Notes: a model not told the origin generated them from the letters alone. Shown: positions 21,220-30,974, counted from the first letter of the stretch. The stretch: 64,000 bases of DNA from Oscillospiraceae bacterium (GCA_022650455.1 JALCPO010000002.1:5073-69072), one strand, 5' to 3'. Translations and numbers: made by a program.

Positions 21220-21723
21220 ATGGAGCAGAAAAACCTGAGGCAAACCAATGGCGCGCCGCTTTACCTGGGCATTGCGGGCGCAGTGCTGCTGCTGGTAAAC
21301 GTGATCCTTTCGTCGGGCGTTTCGACGGCGTATGTGAATTCCGTTTATGCAACCGCGGGGCTGGCGTTCACCATGAGCCAGACCGTGATGCTGGCGCTGT
21401 CGCTTGTGTTTTTTGTGATTTACCCCGGCATCTTCCTGATCCTGCTGCTTGTGGGCGCCAACAAACCGAGGCGCGGGACCGCGTTTGCCGTCGTCTGGAT
21501 CGTGTTCTCCGGCCTCGGAACGCTCAGCGCGCTGTACAGCCTGTTTGCGTCGAATGCGCAGATCAGGGACCTTTCCAACCAGCTCGTCCCGGGCGGTTTT
21601 TACCTGTATTCCATCCTGGGGCTGATCGGTCAGGTGTGCGTGCTGGTTTCGTGCATCCTGCTTTTGAAACGGCTCCATACGCCCCCGGAGCAGCCGCAGA
21701 ACCTGGAAGCGGCCAATCCGTAA
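21220..21723 (+). CDS. Hypothetical 4-TM membrane protein
   Basis: AAGGAG RBS, four hydrophobic stretches, own promoter, terminator-like hairpin about 21750-21790. Confidence 0.75.
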   Translation: MEQKNLRQTNGAPLYLGIAGAVLLLVNVILSSGVSTAYVNSVYATAGLAFTMSQTVMLALSLVFFVIYPGIFLILLLVGANKPRRGTAFAVVWIVFSGLGTLSALYSLFASNAQIRDLSNQLVPGGFYLYSILGLIGQVCVLVSCILLLKRLHTPPEQPQNLEAANP

Positions 21724-22014
21724 AAGCCGGAAGCAAAACCGGGTTCCGGGAAGGCGCTCTGTTTCCGAAAGGGAAGCGGGGCGCCTTTTTCTTCGGGCGG
21801 AACCCCCCTTTCCCCGCGTTTCCCGCATGGTTCCAGTATAGCATCCGCATGGAAAAGCGGATGAATCAGGCGTGAATTTTGTGGGGAAACTTTATGAATC
21901 CGGCCCCCCTTGCAGACGGGCGGGAAAAAGGATACAATCAAGGCAAGGGGCGGAATCCCCGGTTCGGTCCATTCACGCAAAGAGTGGAAAAGGCTGTCAT
22001 GATGTTTAGGAGTG

Positions 22015-22992
22015 ATGGAATTGACACCGATTTATCCGTTAAAGCTGAGAGCGGCATGCAAAGACTACATCTGGGGCGGAACCAGGCTGCGGACGGAATA
22101 TCACCAGCAGAGCGACGCGCCGAAGGTTGCGGAAAGCTGGATGCTTTCGAACCATCCGGACGGGCCGTCGACGATTGTCAACGGCGAGGAAGCGGGCACG
22201 CTGTTCCCGGATTACCTGAAGAAGGCGGGAAAACAGGTCCTGGGGACGGACTGTGAAAAATTCCCGGATTTTCCGGTGCTCGTCAAGCTGATCGACGCGA
22301 AGAACAAGCTTTCCATCCAGGTCCATCCGGACGACGCCTATGCCCGGACGCACGGCGGCGGCTTCGGCAAGACGGAAATGTGGTATATTGTGGACTGCGA
22401 GCCCGGAGCCAGCCTGTACTACGGTTTCGACCACCCGATCTCCAGCGGGGAGTTCCGGGAGCGGATCGGGAACAACACGCTGGAGGAAGTGCTGAACCGG
22501 GCCCCGGTGCACAAGGGCGACGTGTTCTTTATCGAGGCCGGCACGCTCCACGCCATCGGCGCGGGCATCCTGCTGGCGGAAATCCAGCAGAGCTCCAACC
22601 TGACGTACCGCATCTATGATTACGGGCGGCTCGGCAACGACGGAAAGCCGCGCCCGCTCCATATTGCGCAGGCGCTGGACGTGACCCGCCTTTCGCGGCC
22701 CGCGCGGCCGACCCACGCGCAGGGGAGCCGGGAAACCGAAGCCGGTTATTCCCGCATCCTGCTCGCTTCCTGCGGCGTCTTTACGGTTTACGAGATGGAG
22801 ATCCGCGAGGCGGCGCTCTGCGCGGACGGAAAGAGCTTTCATTCCCTCGTCTGCATCGGCGGCGACGCGATTCTGGCGAAGGACGGCAGGCCGGAGCTTT
22901 CGTTCCGGAAAGGCGACAGCATCTTCGTCCCCTCCGGTTTTGGAGACTACACGGTGAAGGGAGACTGCAGAGTCCTCTGGACCACCGTTTAA
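22015..22992 (+). CDS. manA: Mannose-6-phosphate isomerase class I
   Basis: KDYIWGG, ESWMLS.HP, LVKLIDA..KLSIQVHPDD, GKTEMWY, AGTLHAIG, EIQQSSNLTYRIYDY; start could be TTG 22021 by RBS spacing. Confidence 0.93.
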   Translation: MELTPIYPLKLRAACKDYIWGGTRLRTEYHQQSDAPKVAESWMLSNHPDGPSTIVNGEEAGTLFPDYLKKAGKQVLGTDCEKFPDFPVLVKLIDAKNKLSIQVHPDDAYARTHGGGFGKTEMWYIVDCEPGASLYYGFDHPISSGEFRERIGNNTLEEVLNRAPVHKGDVFFIEAGTLHAIGAGILLAEIQQSSNLTYRIYDYGRLGNDGKPRPLHIAQALDVTRLSRPARPTHAQGSRETEAGYSRILLASCGVFTVYEMEIREAALCADGKSFHSLVCIGGDAILAKDGRPELSFRKGDSIFVPSGFGDYTVKGDCRVLWTTV

Positions 22993-23714
22993 ACCACCAT
23001 TCCCCCGTTGACGCCCAAGACCTGACCCGTGATGAAATCCGCGTCCGGCGAAGCGAGAAAGCTCACCGCCGCGGCGATTTCGTCCGGCGTCCCGATGCGG
23101 CCCAGCGGGGTTTCTTCTTCCAGCTCCCGGATGTCTTCCGGGGTGAGCGCCGCGTTCATGCGGGTGTCGATCACGCCCGGTGCGATGCAGTTGACCTGAA
23201 TATGGGACGGGCCGACCTCTTTTGCCAGCGCTTTCGTCAGCCCGATCACCGCCGCTTTCGCCGCGGAATAGTGCACTTCGCACGACGCGCCGACCTGCCC
23301 CCACATGGAGGAGATGTTGACGATTTTCCCCCGCTTCCGGCGGATCATGGAAGGGAGGGCCAGCCGGCAGCAGTGGAACACGCCGGTGACGTCGACGGCG
23401 AGCATGCGCTCCCAGTCTTCTTCGGTCAGGTCGGTGAACAGCTTCTGCTGGGCGATCCCCGCGGAATTGACCAGAAGGTCGATTTCTCCCGCGCTGCGGA
23501 ACATCGCCTCCGCCTGGCGGCGGTCGGAAACGTCCGCCCGGAAGACGGATGCCCGCCCGTCCCCGCAGGAGGCGTTCAGCTCGTCCCGGAGCGCATTCGC
23601 GGCGCTTTCGGAATGGAAGCAATTCAGAAGGACGGAGTAGCCGTCCCGGCAGAGCCGGCGCGCGACGGCCCGTCCGATTCCCCGGGACGCCCCGGTGACA
23701 AGCGCTTTTTTCAT
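22989..23714 (-). CDS. FabG-like SDR of the YmfI (EF-P 5-aminopentanone reductase) subtype
   Basis: TGASRGIG, YSAAK active site; NISSMWGQVGASCEV matches my recollection of the B. subtilis YmfI signature. Confidence 0.85.
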   Translation of the reverse strand: MKKALVTGASRGIGRAVARRLCRDGYSVLLNCFHSESAANALRDELNASCGDGRASVFRADVSDRRQAEAMFRSAGEIDLLVNSAGIAQQKLFTDLTEEDWERMLAVDVTGVFHCCRLALPSMIRRKRGKIVNISSMWGQVGASCEVHYSAAKAAVIGLTKALAKEVGPSHIQVNCIAPGVIDTRMNAALTPEDIRELEEETPLGRIGTPDEIAAAVSFLASPDADFITGQVLGVNGGMVV

Positions 23715-23864
23715 AAGGTATTTTCTCCGTTTCCCGCGTGCACGCGTTTTTTTTATTATACCACTTATACCACGGTTTTCCGTCCGGTGCTCCGGTGCGG
23801 GCATAAAAAATCCCGGGCCGATGGTCGTCGGCCCGGGACCCTTGGAGCGCGCCGCAGGACGTGC

Positions 23865-24407
23865 TCATTTGCAGCAATCGGATCGGTTGGAAACCGCGAG
23901 CACGCTGAGGACGGCGTTGTTGATGGAAAGGCCGGGAGTTACGTCGATCAGCGAATTGGTGGACAGCTGCACGGAATAGGTGTAGAAACCGGGCTGTACG
24001 TCCTGATCGAAGAACTGGAAACTGAACGATTCGCCTTCGAGCACAGTCACCGTTGTTGAAAAAGTGTACGTTGAGCCGACGCCGATGGACGCGCCGTCGT
24101 CGACCGAGCGGCGGATTTGAAAATTCAGCGTTACGGAAATGCCGACCGGAAGGTTGACGATGCTGCTGAAATGGAGCAGGTTGTTCGTCGGGCCGATGCA
24201 CCGGGTATCGATGGTCGTGGAAACCACGTTGATCGGTTCCGCAAAAAGGGTGTTGATGATCGGAAGGGGTCCTACGCTGCCGCTGGACGCGTTAAGCGCA
24301 ACGTCCTTTTTCCCAGAGGGGGCATACCCGGTGGGTTTATAGCCACAGTTCCCTGTGCTCGGCGCCAAAGCGGTGTCGGGGCAATATGAAAATTGATTGC
24401 AACTCAT
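23865..24407 (-). CDS. Cys-flanked beta-rich hypothetical protein (DUF4489-like, possible spore-surface protein)
   Basis: AGGAGG RBS; MSC..C..C start and DCCK end; beta-strand-rich core; family assignment from memory only. Confidence 0.6.
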   Translation of the reverse strand: MSCNQFSYCPDTALAPSTGNCGYKPTGYAPSGKKDVALNASSGSVGPLPIINTLFAEPINVVSTTIDTRCIGPTNNLLHFSSIVNLPVGISVTLNFQIRRSVDDGASIGVGSTYTFSTTVTVLEGESFSFQFFDQDVQPGFYTYSVQLSTNSLIDVTPGLSINNAVLSVLAVSNRSDCCK

Positions 24408-24452
24408 TGGAATCCTCCTAAAGTAAAGTTATCGAAGAACAGGCTTCACTTC

Positions 24453-24478
24453 ATAATATGTAATTTTGTACGCGGAGT
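24453..24478 (-). promoter_or_regulatory. Putative sigma-K-type promoter
   Basis: Minus strand AC-16 bp-CATATTAT matches B. subtilis sigK consensus AC-N16/17-CATAnnnT. Confidence 0.4.
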
Positions 24479-24591
24479 ACCTAAATGAGCCCGCCATTTT
24501 TACCGCGGCTCCATTCCCCGGGCAGGGAAAAGAAAAAGCGCCCCGCTTTCCATGTTCGGAAAAGCGGGGCGCGGCCTGTCCTGCCGGGGGT

Positions 24592-26046
24592 TCAGATGAC
24601 GGCAAGCACGATGAAGTTCAGGATGAACAGAATCGCGGAAACCAGCAGGATGGGATGGATTTCCTTGAATTTGCCCTTTGCGATCTTCACGATGCAGTAG
24701 AAGATGAAGCCCGCGGCGATGCCGTAGGAAATGCTGTAGCAGAGAGCCATGAAAATGCCCGCGCCGAACGCCGGAATGGCTTCTTCCAGGTTGGGCCAGT
24801 CCACTTCCTTGAACGAGCTCATCATCATCACGCCGACGATCACGAGGGCCGGGGCGGTGGCGGCGGCGGGAATGCAGCCCGCGACCGGCGCGAGGACCGT
24901 GCAGAGGATGAACATGACGGCGGTCGTCACGCTCGTCAGCCCGGTGCGTCCGCCGGCGCCGATGCCCGCGGCGCTCTCGACATAGGTCGTCGTGTTGGAC
25001 GTGCCGAACAGCGCGCCGATGGAAGTCGCGATGGAGTCGGCAAACAGCGCCCGGTCCATTTTGGAGTGGAAGCCCTTGCCGTTTTCCAGCGCCTTTTCGT
25101 CTTCCAGGCTGAAGATTCCGGTACGGCGGCCCGTGCCGATGAAGGTGCCGATGGTGTCAAACGTGTCGGAAAGGCTGAACGCGAAAATCGTCATGATGAC
25201 CAGAAGCCGCTTGGACGGATCCGCGAACAGCGAGCCCATGCCGTCGGCGCCGAACGCCGCGCCGAACGTGGAGCCCAGCCGGGAGAAGGAGTCGCCCAGG
25301 GTGCCGAAGGTGATGGAAGCGTTGGAAAAATCCGTCACGCCCGACGGGATGCCCACGAGGGTCGTGGCGATGATGCCGATCAGGATGGCGCCCCGGATGT
25401 TCGCCATCAGAAGGACGACGATCAGGATGATGCCGAACAGCGCCAGCAGGACCGAAGGCGTGTTCAGCGGGACAATGGCCGGCACGGCGCTCGAAGAAGC
25501 GACGACGGTCTTATCCTGCAGGAGCTGATAGGTGCCCGGGTCGCTTGTAAAATTGAGCAGGCCCGCGCTTTTGATGCCGATGTAGGCGACGAAGATGCCG
25601 ATGCCGCCGCCGATGGCGTTCTGGATGCTTTTCGGGATGGAACGGATGATGCTTTTGCGGAACTTCGTCACGGTGATCAGGATGTTGATGATACCGCAGA
25701 TAAAGACCATGGCGAGCGCCTGCTGCCACTTAAAACCGAGCGAAAAACAGACGGTGTAAGTAAAGAAAGCGTTCAGGCCCATGCCCGGCGCAAGGGCGTA
25801 GGGGACGTTGGCGAACAGCCCCATGACCAGCGTGCCGATTGCGGAAGCGATGATGGTGGCCAGAAAGACCGCCTGCTTGTCCATATGCGTCTGCCCCAGC
25901 ACCTGCGGGTTGACGAACAGGATGTACGACATGGTGAAGAATGTCGTGAGGCCCGCCAGAATCTCTGTGTGGGTGTTGGTGCCGCTGCCCTTCAGGTTGA
26001 AGAAATCGCCCTTCGGGTGGTATGCTTTTGCGTTGCTTTCCTCCAT
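24592..26046 (-). CDS. NCS2/AzgA-family nucleobase (guanine/hypoxanthine-type) permease
   Basis: EILAGLTTFFTMSYILFVNP, LAPGMGLNAFF, FDTIGT, TTYVESAAGIGAGGRTGLT, AATAPAL; GGAGG favours start 26046. Confidence 0.93.
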   Translation of the reverse strand: MEESNAKAYHPKGDFFNLKGSGTNTHTEILAGLTTFFTMSYILFVNPQVLGQTHMDKQAVFLATIIASAIGTLVMGLFANVPYALAPGMGLNAFFTYTVCFSLGFKWQQALAMVFICGIINILITVTKFRKSIIRSIPKSIQNAIGGGIGIFVAYIGIKSAGLLNFTSDPGTYQLLQDKTVVASSSAVPAIVPLNTPSVLLALFGIILIVVLLMANIRGAILIGIIATTLVGIPSGVTDFSNASITFGTLGDSFSRLGSTFGAAFGADGMGSLFADPSKRLLVIMTIFAFSLSDTFDTIGTFIGTGRRTGIFSLEDEKALENGKGFHSKMDRALFADSIATSIGALFGTSNTTTYVESAAGIGAGGRTGLTSVTTAVMFILCTVLAPVAGCIPAAATAPALVIVGVMMMSSFKEVDWPNLEEAIPAFGAGIFMALCYSISYGIAAGFIFYCIVKIAKGKFKEIHPILLVSAILFILNFIVLAVI

Positions 26047-26109
26047 ATTTCTTTCCTCCATAACAAAAATTACCCGACAGATTTTGTCGGGTCATTTCTT
26101 AATAAAAAC

Positions 26110-26138
26110 AGTATAGCGATTTTACCGGGAGAAAGCAA
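26110..26138 (-). promoter_or_regulatory. sigma-A promoter of NCS2 permease
   Basis: TTGCTT-17-TATACT on minus strand. Confidence 0.6.
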
Positions 26139-26275
26139 TGTGTTATTTACACAAAATTTGAAGTTTGGAAACAGATTATTCATACTTATCAGCAACTCTA
26201 CACAGGCCCGGTAAAAAAGCAGGCGTACCGCGGAAAAATAGGAAAAAAATAAAGTTCCGCGCGCCCTGTTTTCCG

Positions 26276-26307
26276 AAAAAAAAGACGGCCCCCGAAAAGG
26301 GGCCGCC
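26276..26307 (-). terminator. Intrinsic terminator after pckG
   Basis: Minus strand GGCGGCCCC-TTTTC-GGGGGCCGTC followed by T8. Confidence 0.75.
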
Positions 26308-26323
26308 CGAACGGACCGGCTGC

Positions 26324-28087
26324 TTATTTCAGCCTTGCTTTCAGGTTCTGCAACTGGGTCCTGAGTTCCTGCGGCAGCTTGTCGCCGAACTTTTTGTAAA
26401 ATTCCTCGATGCCTTCGGCCTCTTTTGTCCACTCGGCCTTGTCGACTTTGAGGATGCTCTTCAGCGTGTCGCGGCTCAGGTCGAGGCCGTCCAGGTTGAT
26501 GTCATCCGCCTTCGGGACATAGCCGATCGGAGTTTCCACCGCGTCGGCCTTGCCCTCGCAGCGCTTCAGAATCCACTCGACAACGCGAAGGTTGTCGCCG
26601 AATCCCGGCCAGATGAAGTGGCCGTCCTTGTCGAGGCGGAACCAGTTGACGTTGAAGATCTTCGGGGCTTTGCCGCCGAGCTTTTCGCCCATTTCGATCC
26701 AGTGCGCGAAGTAGTCGCCCATGTTGTAGCCGCAGAACGGCAGCATGGCCATGGGGTCGCGGCGGATGACGCCGACCGCGCCGGTTGCGGCCGCCGTTGT
26801 TTCGGATGCCATGATGGAGCCGACGAACACGCCGTTGTTCCAGTCGCGGGACTGGTAAACCAGCGGGGTGGTGTGCGCGCGGCGGCCGCCGAAGATAATG
26901 GCGGAAATCGGTACGCCCTTGCCGGAGTTAAACTCGGGGCTGACGCAAGGGCAGTTCTTTGCGGGCGCGGTAAAGCGGCTGTTCGGGTGGGCGCCCTTTT
27001 CCTTGGACGTCGTGCCGTCCCACGGCTTGCCGGTCCAGTCCACGCCGTGCTTCGGCGGGTTGTGGTCGAGGCCTTCCCACCAGACGGTGTTGTCGTCGAG
27101 GTTCTGGGCCACGTTGGTGAAGATCGTGCCGGATTTTGTGGTGGCGAGGGCGTTCGGGTTGGATTTCTCATTCGTGCCCGGCGCGACCCCGAAGAATCCG
27201 TTTTCAGGGTTGACGGCCCACAGCCTGCCGTCCGGCCCGATGCGCATCCACGCGATGTCGTCGCCGACCGTCCAGGCCTTGTAGCCCTTCTTGCGGTAGA
27301 ATTCCGGCGGGATCAGCATGGCCAGGTTGGTCTTGCCGCATGCGGACGGGAACGCGGCGGCGACGTATTTGATTTCGCCCTTCGGGTTCTGGATGCCGAG
27401 GATGAGCATATGTTCCGCCATCCAGCCTTCGTTTTTGCCGAGGTAGGAGGCGATGCGCAGGGCAAAGCACTTTTTGCCGAGCAGAACGTTCCCGCCGTAA
27501 CCGGAATTGACGGAGATGATGGTGTTGTCTTCCGGGAAATGGCAGATGTAACGCTTTTCGGCGTCGATGTTGCACTTGCAGTGCAGACCGCGGACCCAGT
27601 CGTTGCTGTTGCCGAGGGTGTCCAGCACCTTCTGGCCCACGCGGGTCATGATGGACATGTTCAGCACAACATAGATGGAATCGGTCAGCTCAATGCCGAT
27701 TTTGGAAAACGGGGACCCGACGGGGCCCATCGAATAAGGGATCACATACATGGTGCGGCCCTTGTAGCTGCCGCGGGCGATGTCGTACAGCATTTTATAG
27801 GCCTTCTGCGGTTCCATCCAGTGGTTGGTGGGGCCGGCGTTCTCTTCTTTGCGGGAGCAGATGAACGTGCGGCCTTCCACGCGCGCCACGTCGTTCACCG
27901 CCGTGCGGTGCAGGTAGCAGTTCGGCAGCTTTTCCTGGTTCAGTTTGATCATTTCGCCGGTTTTGCAAGCCTCGGCGCGCAGCGCTTCAATTTGCTCTTC
28001 CGAACCGTCGATCCAGAGAACTTTGTCGGGACGGACGAGATCTTTCATTTTCCCGATCCATTCCAGTACCGATTGATTTTGCGTCAT
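26324..28087 (-). CDS. pckG: Phosphoenolpyruvate carboxykinase (GTP)
   Basis: DVARVEGRTFIC, SGYGGNVLLGKKCFALR, GWMAEHM, FPSACGKTNLAM, VGDDIAW, NPENGFFG, WPGFGDN. Confidence 0.97.
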   Translation of the reverse strand: MTQNQSVLEWIGKMKDLVRPDKVLWIDGSEEQIEALRAEACKTGEMIKLNQEKLPNCYLHRTAVNDVARVEGRTFICSRKEENAGPTNHWMEPQKAYKMLYDIARGSYKGRTMYVIPYSMGPVGSPFSKIGIELTDSIYVVLNMSIMTRVGQKVLDTLGNSNDWVRGLHCKCNIDAEKRYICHFPEDNTIISVNSGYGGNVLLGKKCFALRIASYLGKNEGWMAEHMLILGIQNPKGEIKYVAAAFPSACGKTNLAMLIPPEFYRKKGYKAWTVGDDIAWMRIGPDGRLWAVNPENGFFGVAPGTNEKSNPNALATTKSGTIFTNVAQNLDDNTVWWEGLDHNPPKHGVDWTGKPWDGTTSKEKGAHPNSRFTAPAKNCPCVSPEFNSGKGVPISAIIFGGRRAHTTPLVYQSRDWNNGVFVGSIMASETTAAATGAVGVIRRDPMAMLPFCGYNMGDYFAHWIEMGEKLGGKAPKIFNVNWFRLDKDGHFIWPGFGDNLRVVEWILKRCEGKADAVETPIGYVPKADDINLDGLDLSRDTLKSILKVDKAEWTKEAEGIEEFYKKFGDKLPQELRTQLQNLKARLK

Positions 28088-28275
28088 AGTTTCTCCTTTC
28101 GGCCCAATGGCCTATTGAAATTGATCCTATAATACACCAAATTTTTTACGGATTCAATGCCGGTAACGTGAAATTAATAAACTTTTAGCAGAAATTTATA
28201 TCAATCGCGCCCCCGCGGGGAGCGGCGGTGCGCCGTTTTTACTTATGAATTTTACACGAATCCATTATGCAAAAA

Positions 28276-29286
28276 TCAATTCGATTCAATGGGCATTTCG
28301 GCCCTGGCGTTCAGGTCGGGGCCCGCCGTATGCCCGGCGAGAAACTCGTAGTACCCCTGCGCGCCCACCATGGCGGCGTTGTCCCCGCAGTAGCGCAGCT
28401 GCGGGCGGTAAAACTCCAGCCCCCGCTTCGCGCACTCGCTTTCCAGCGTGCGGCGCAGCAGGGCGTTTGCGGACACACCTCCCGCGATGGCGAGCTTTTT
28501 CGCGCCGGTGTCGCGCGCGGCGGCGAAAAAGTTCCGGGTCAGGCAGTCCACGACGGCTTGGCGGTACGAGGCGGCGAGGTCCGGCACATGGAGGGTTTCG
28601 CCGCGCTGCCGCGCGTTGTGGATCTGGTTGATGACGTTCGTTTTCAGCCCGGAAAAGCTGAAGTCGTACGGCGAGCCGTCCACGGAAGGACGGGGAAGCC
28701 GATAGGCTTTAGCGTTTCCGCTTTCGGCGATTTTATCCAGCTCCACGCCGCCCGGGTACGGGATGCCCATGGCGCGCGCGGCTTTGTCGAACGCCTCGCC
28801 CGCCGCGTCGTCGCGGGTGCGCCCCAGGACGCGCAGCTCCGTGTAGCCCAGGACCTCGACGATATGGGTGTGCCCGCCGGAGACCACGAGGCACAGGAAC
28901 GGCGGCTCCAGCTCCGGGAAAGCGATGTAGTTCGCGGCGATATGCGAACGGAGGTGATGCACCGGCACGAGGGGCTTCCCGGCGGAAAGCGAAAGCCCCT
29001 TCGCAAAATTGACCCCCACAAGGAGCGCGCCGATGAGCCCGGGCGCGTAGGTGACGGCGACGGCGTCGATTCCGTCCAAACCGGTTCCTGCGTCGTCGAG
29101 GGCCTTCTGCACCACGCCGACGATCGCCTCGCAGTGGCGGCGGGAAGCGATTTCCGGCACGACGCCGCCGTACAGTTTATGTTCGTCCACCTGCGATGCC
29201 ACCACGCTGGAGAGCACGGTGCGGCCGTTTTCCACGACGGCCGCGGCGGTTTCGTCGCAGGAACTTTCGATTCCGAGTATTTTCAT
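28276..29286 (-). CDS. tsaD: tRNA threonylcarbamoyladenosine biosynthesis protein TsaD (own ATG and AGGGGA RBS, but in frame with upstream rimI)
   Basis: MKILGIESSCDETAAA, GGVVPEIASRRH, PGLIGAL, HHLRSH, VSGGHT, DDAAGEAFDK, CGDNAAM. Confidence 0.96.
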   Translation of the reverse strand: MKILGIESSCDETAAAVVENGRTVLSSVVASQVDEHKLYGGVVPEIASRRHCEAIVGVVQKALDDAGTGLDGIDAVAVTYAPGLIGALLVGVNFAKGLSLSAGKPLVPVHHLRSHIAANYIAFPELEPPFLCLVVSGGHTHIVEVLGYTELRVLGRTRDDAAGEAFDKAARAMGIPYPGGVELDKIAESGNAKAYRLPRPSVDGSPYDFSFSGLKTNVINQIHNARQRGETLHVPDLAASYRQAVVDCLTRNFFAAARDTGAKKLAIAGGVSANALLRRTLESECAKRGLEFYRPQLRYCGDNAAMVGAQGYYEFLAGHTAGPDLNARAEMPIESN

Positions 29287-29811
29287 GACTGGTTCCCCTT
29301 GGTTTGTTTCAGGCTTGTCCGCTTCCGGCGGGCCGGTTTTGGTTTTAAGCGCCGAAACCGGCCCGCCGGACAAGAACAGCGTTAAGATCAGCGCGTCTTC
29401 CGCCGGGCGGCGGTAAAAGCCCCGGCGCCGGCCCGCTTCGCGGAAGCCGAGTGTTCGGTACAGCGCAATCGCCCCGGCGTTGGAAACACGCACTTCCAGC
29501 GTGAGAAAAGACGCGCGCCTGGCCCTTGCGCGGCCGATCAGGTGCCGCATCAGCGCCCGGGCGATCCCCGCCCGCCGGTGCTGCGGGAAAACGGCGACGT
29601 TGTCCACGTAACATTCGTCCAGCACACAGTGCATCCCCGCGTACCCGGCCGTCCGGCCGCCCAGCTCGGCGACGGCGAAAACCGCTTCCGCCCGGTTCAG
29701 CTCCGCGGCAAGGCCGGCGCGCGTCCACGGCTCCGAAAAACAGATGCGCTCCAGCGCGGCGAGGGCGTCCAGGTGGCGCTCTGCCATCCGGACGATGTTC
29801 AGCTCAGCCAC
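29287..29811 (-). CDS. rimI: RimI-type GNAT acetyltransferase; no stop codon, reads through a linker into tsaD
   Basis: LERICFSEPW, DNVAV.PQHRRAGIARALM, LEVRVSNAGAIALYRTLGF, RRGFY..PAEDALI; GTG start overlaps the upstream stop. Confidence 0.88.
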
Positions 29812-30974
29812 CGGCGGCGCACCACCTTCTCGATCTTTTCGTCGCGGGCCAGGTAGACGGTGCTGACGCTGACCCACAGCAGGCAGCAGAGCATCAGGAC
29901 CGAAAGGACTTTGATATTGATGAAATGCGCGTGGAACAGGTTATGGCAGACCACATAGGTGGAGCTGAGAACCGTGAGGATGGGAATGTAGAATTTTTCC
30001 GGAAAGTAAAAGGCGTAGATCACGGCCAGAATGTCCGCGGGGTAAAAATAGCGCTCGTGCATGTACGGCAGGACGTACGGAACGAAAAGCACCGAGAGCA
30101 GCGCGAGGGAGACGATCATTTCGTCCGTGAGGTCGAACTCCAGCCGGTGGAACAGCAGGACCACGGCCAGGGAAGCGAGGACGGCGAGAACGGCGATGGC
30201 GGTTCCGGCGGCCACCGGCGTGTCCTTCGGGTACCAGACGGAGAGGTTGGGCAGGTACATGGAGATGTCGCTGTACTGCCGCGCCTGCCGGAAATAGACG
30301 GTCAGCAGGTCACCGAAATTGCGGCCCATCGCCGCGGCCGGAAGAATTGCGAGGATGTAGACCGCCGGGACGATCAGCAGGCTGCGCCACCGGATTTTGT
30401 GCCGGAGCAGCATTAAAAGCAGAAACGGCGCGAGAAAAACCGCCTGGAGCTTGAACACGAACGCGATGGAGAACGCCGTGACGGCCGCGTTCGGCCGGTT
30501 GGCGGTCAGGTAGTAGACACAGGCGAGAAGCGCGGCGGTGTAAATGGAATCGCACTGCCCCCAGGCGGCGGAATTCAGCACGACGCTCGGCAGCAGCAGC
30601 ACGACGGCGTAGGTGATCTCGCCCCAGAACTCCTTGTATTTCAGGCGTACGAGCCGCATGGCGAAGCAGGCCATGACGATGTCGGACACGAACGAAAGCA
30701 GTTTGATGAGGTAAAGGTCCCGCACCGGCAGATAGGTGAGCAGCGCCAGCAGATAGAAATAGGGAGGCATGTAGTCGCCAATGTTCTGTCCCAGGGCGGC
30801 AAGGCCTCCGCCCTCCTTCAGCACAGAGAACCAGCCCTGCAGGAACTGGTGGTAGTCGCCGGACTCGAACGGGAAAAACCGGACGCGCGCGGCGAACGCC
30901 AGCATGGTGGCCGCAGCGAGGAACAGGACGTTTTCCGCCGTGACGAAATGGACGAACGCTTTCCGTTTGCTCAT
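29799..30974 (-). CDS. GT-C-fold membrane glycosyltransferase (GT87/mannosyltransferase-like)
   Basis: Multi-TM; GDY, YMPPY, WGQCDSIY, KLQAVFLAP, MHERYFY motifs. Confidence 0.75.
   Translation of the reverse strand: MSKRKAFVHFVTAENVLFLAAATMLAFAARVRFFPFESGDYHQFLQGWFSVLKEGGGLAALGQNIGDYMPPYFYLLALLTYLPVRDLYLIKLLSFVSDIVMACFAMRLVRLKYKEFWGEITYAVVLLLPSVVLNSAAWGQCDSIYTAALLACVYYLTANRPNAAVTAFSIAFVFKLQAVFLAPFLLLMLLRHKIRWRSLLIVPAVYILAILPAAAMGRNFGDLLTVYFRQARQYSDISMYLPNLSVWYPKDTPVAAGTAIAVLAVLASLAVVLLFHRLEFDLTDEMIVSLALLSVLFVPYVLPYMHERYFYPADILAVIYAFYFPEKFYIPILTVLSSTYVVCHNLFHAHFINIKVLSVLMLCCLLWVSVSTVYLARDEKIEKVVRRRWLS

Noticed and set aside
26062-26230. Purine (guanine) riboswitch upstream of the NCS2 permease
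   Set aside because: Leader after the promoter is only about 50 nt and lacks the TATGG / TTTCTACC / CCGTAAA signature
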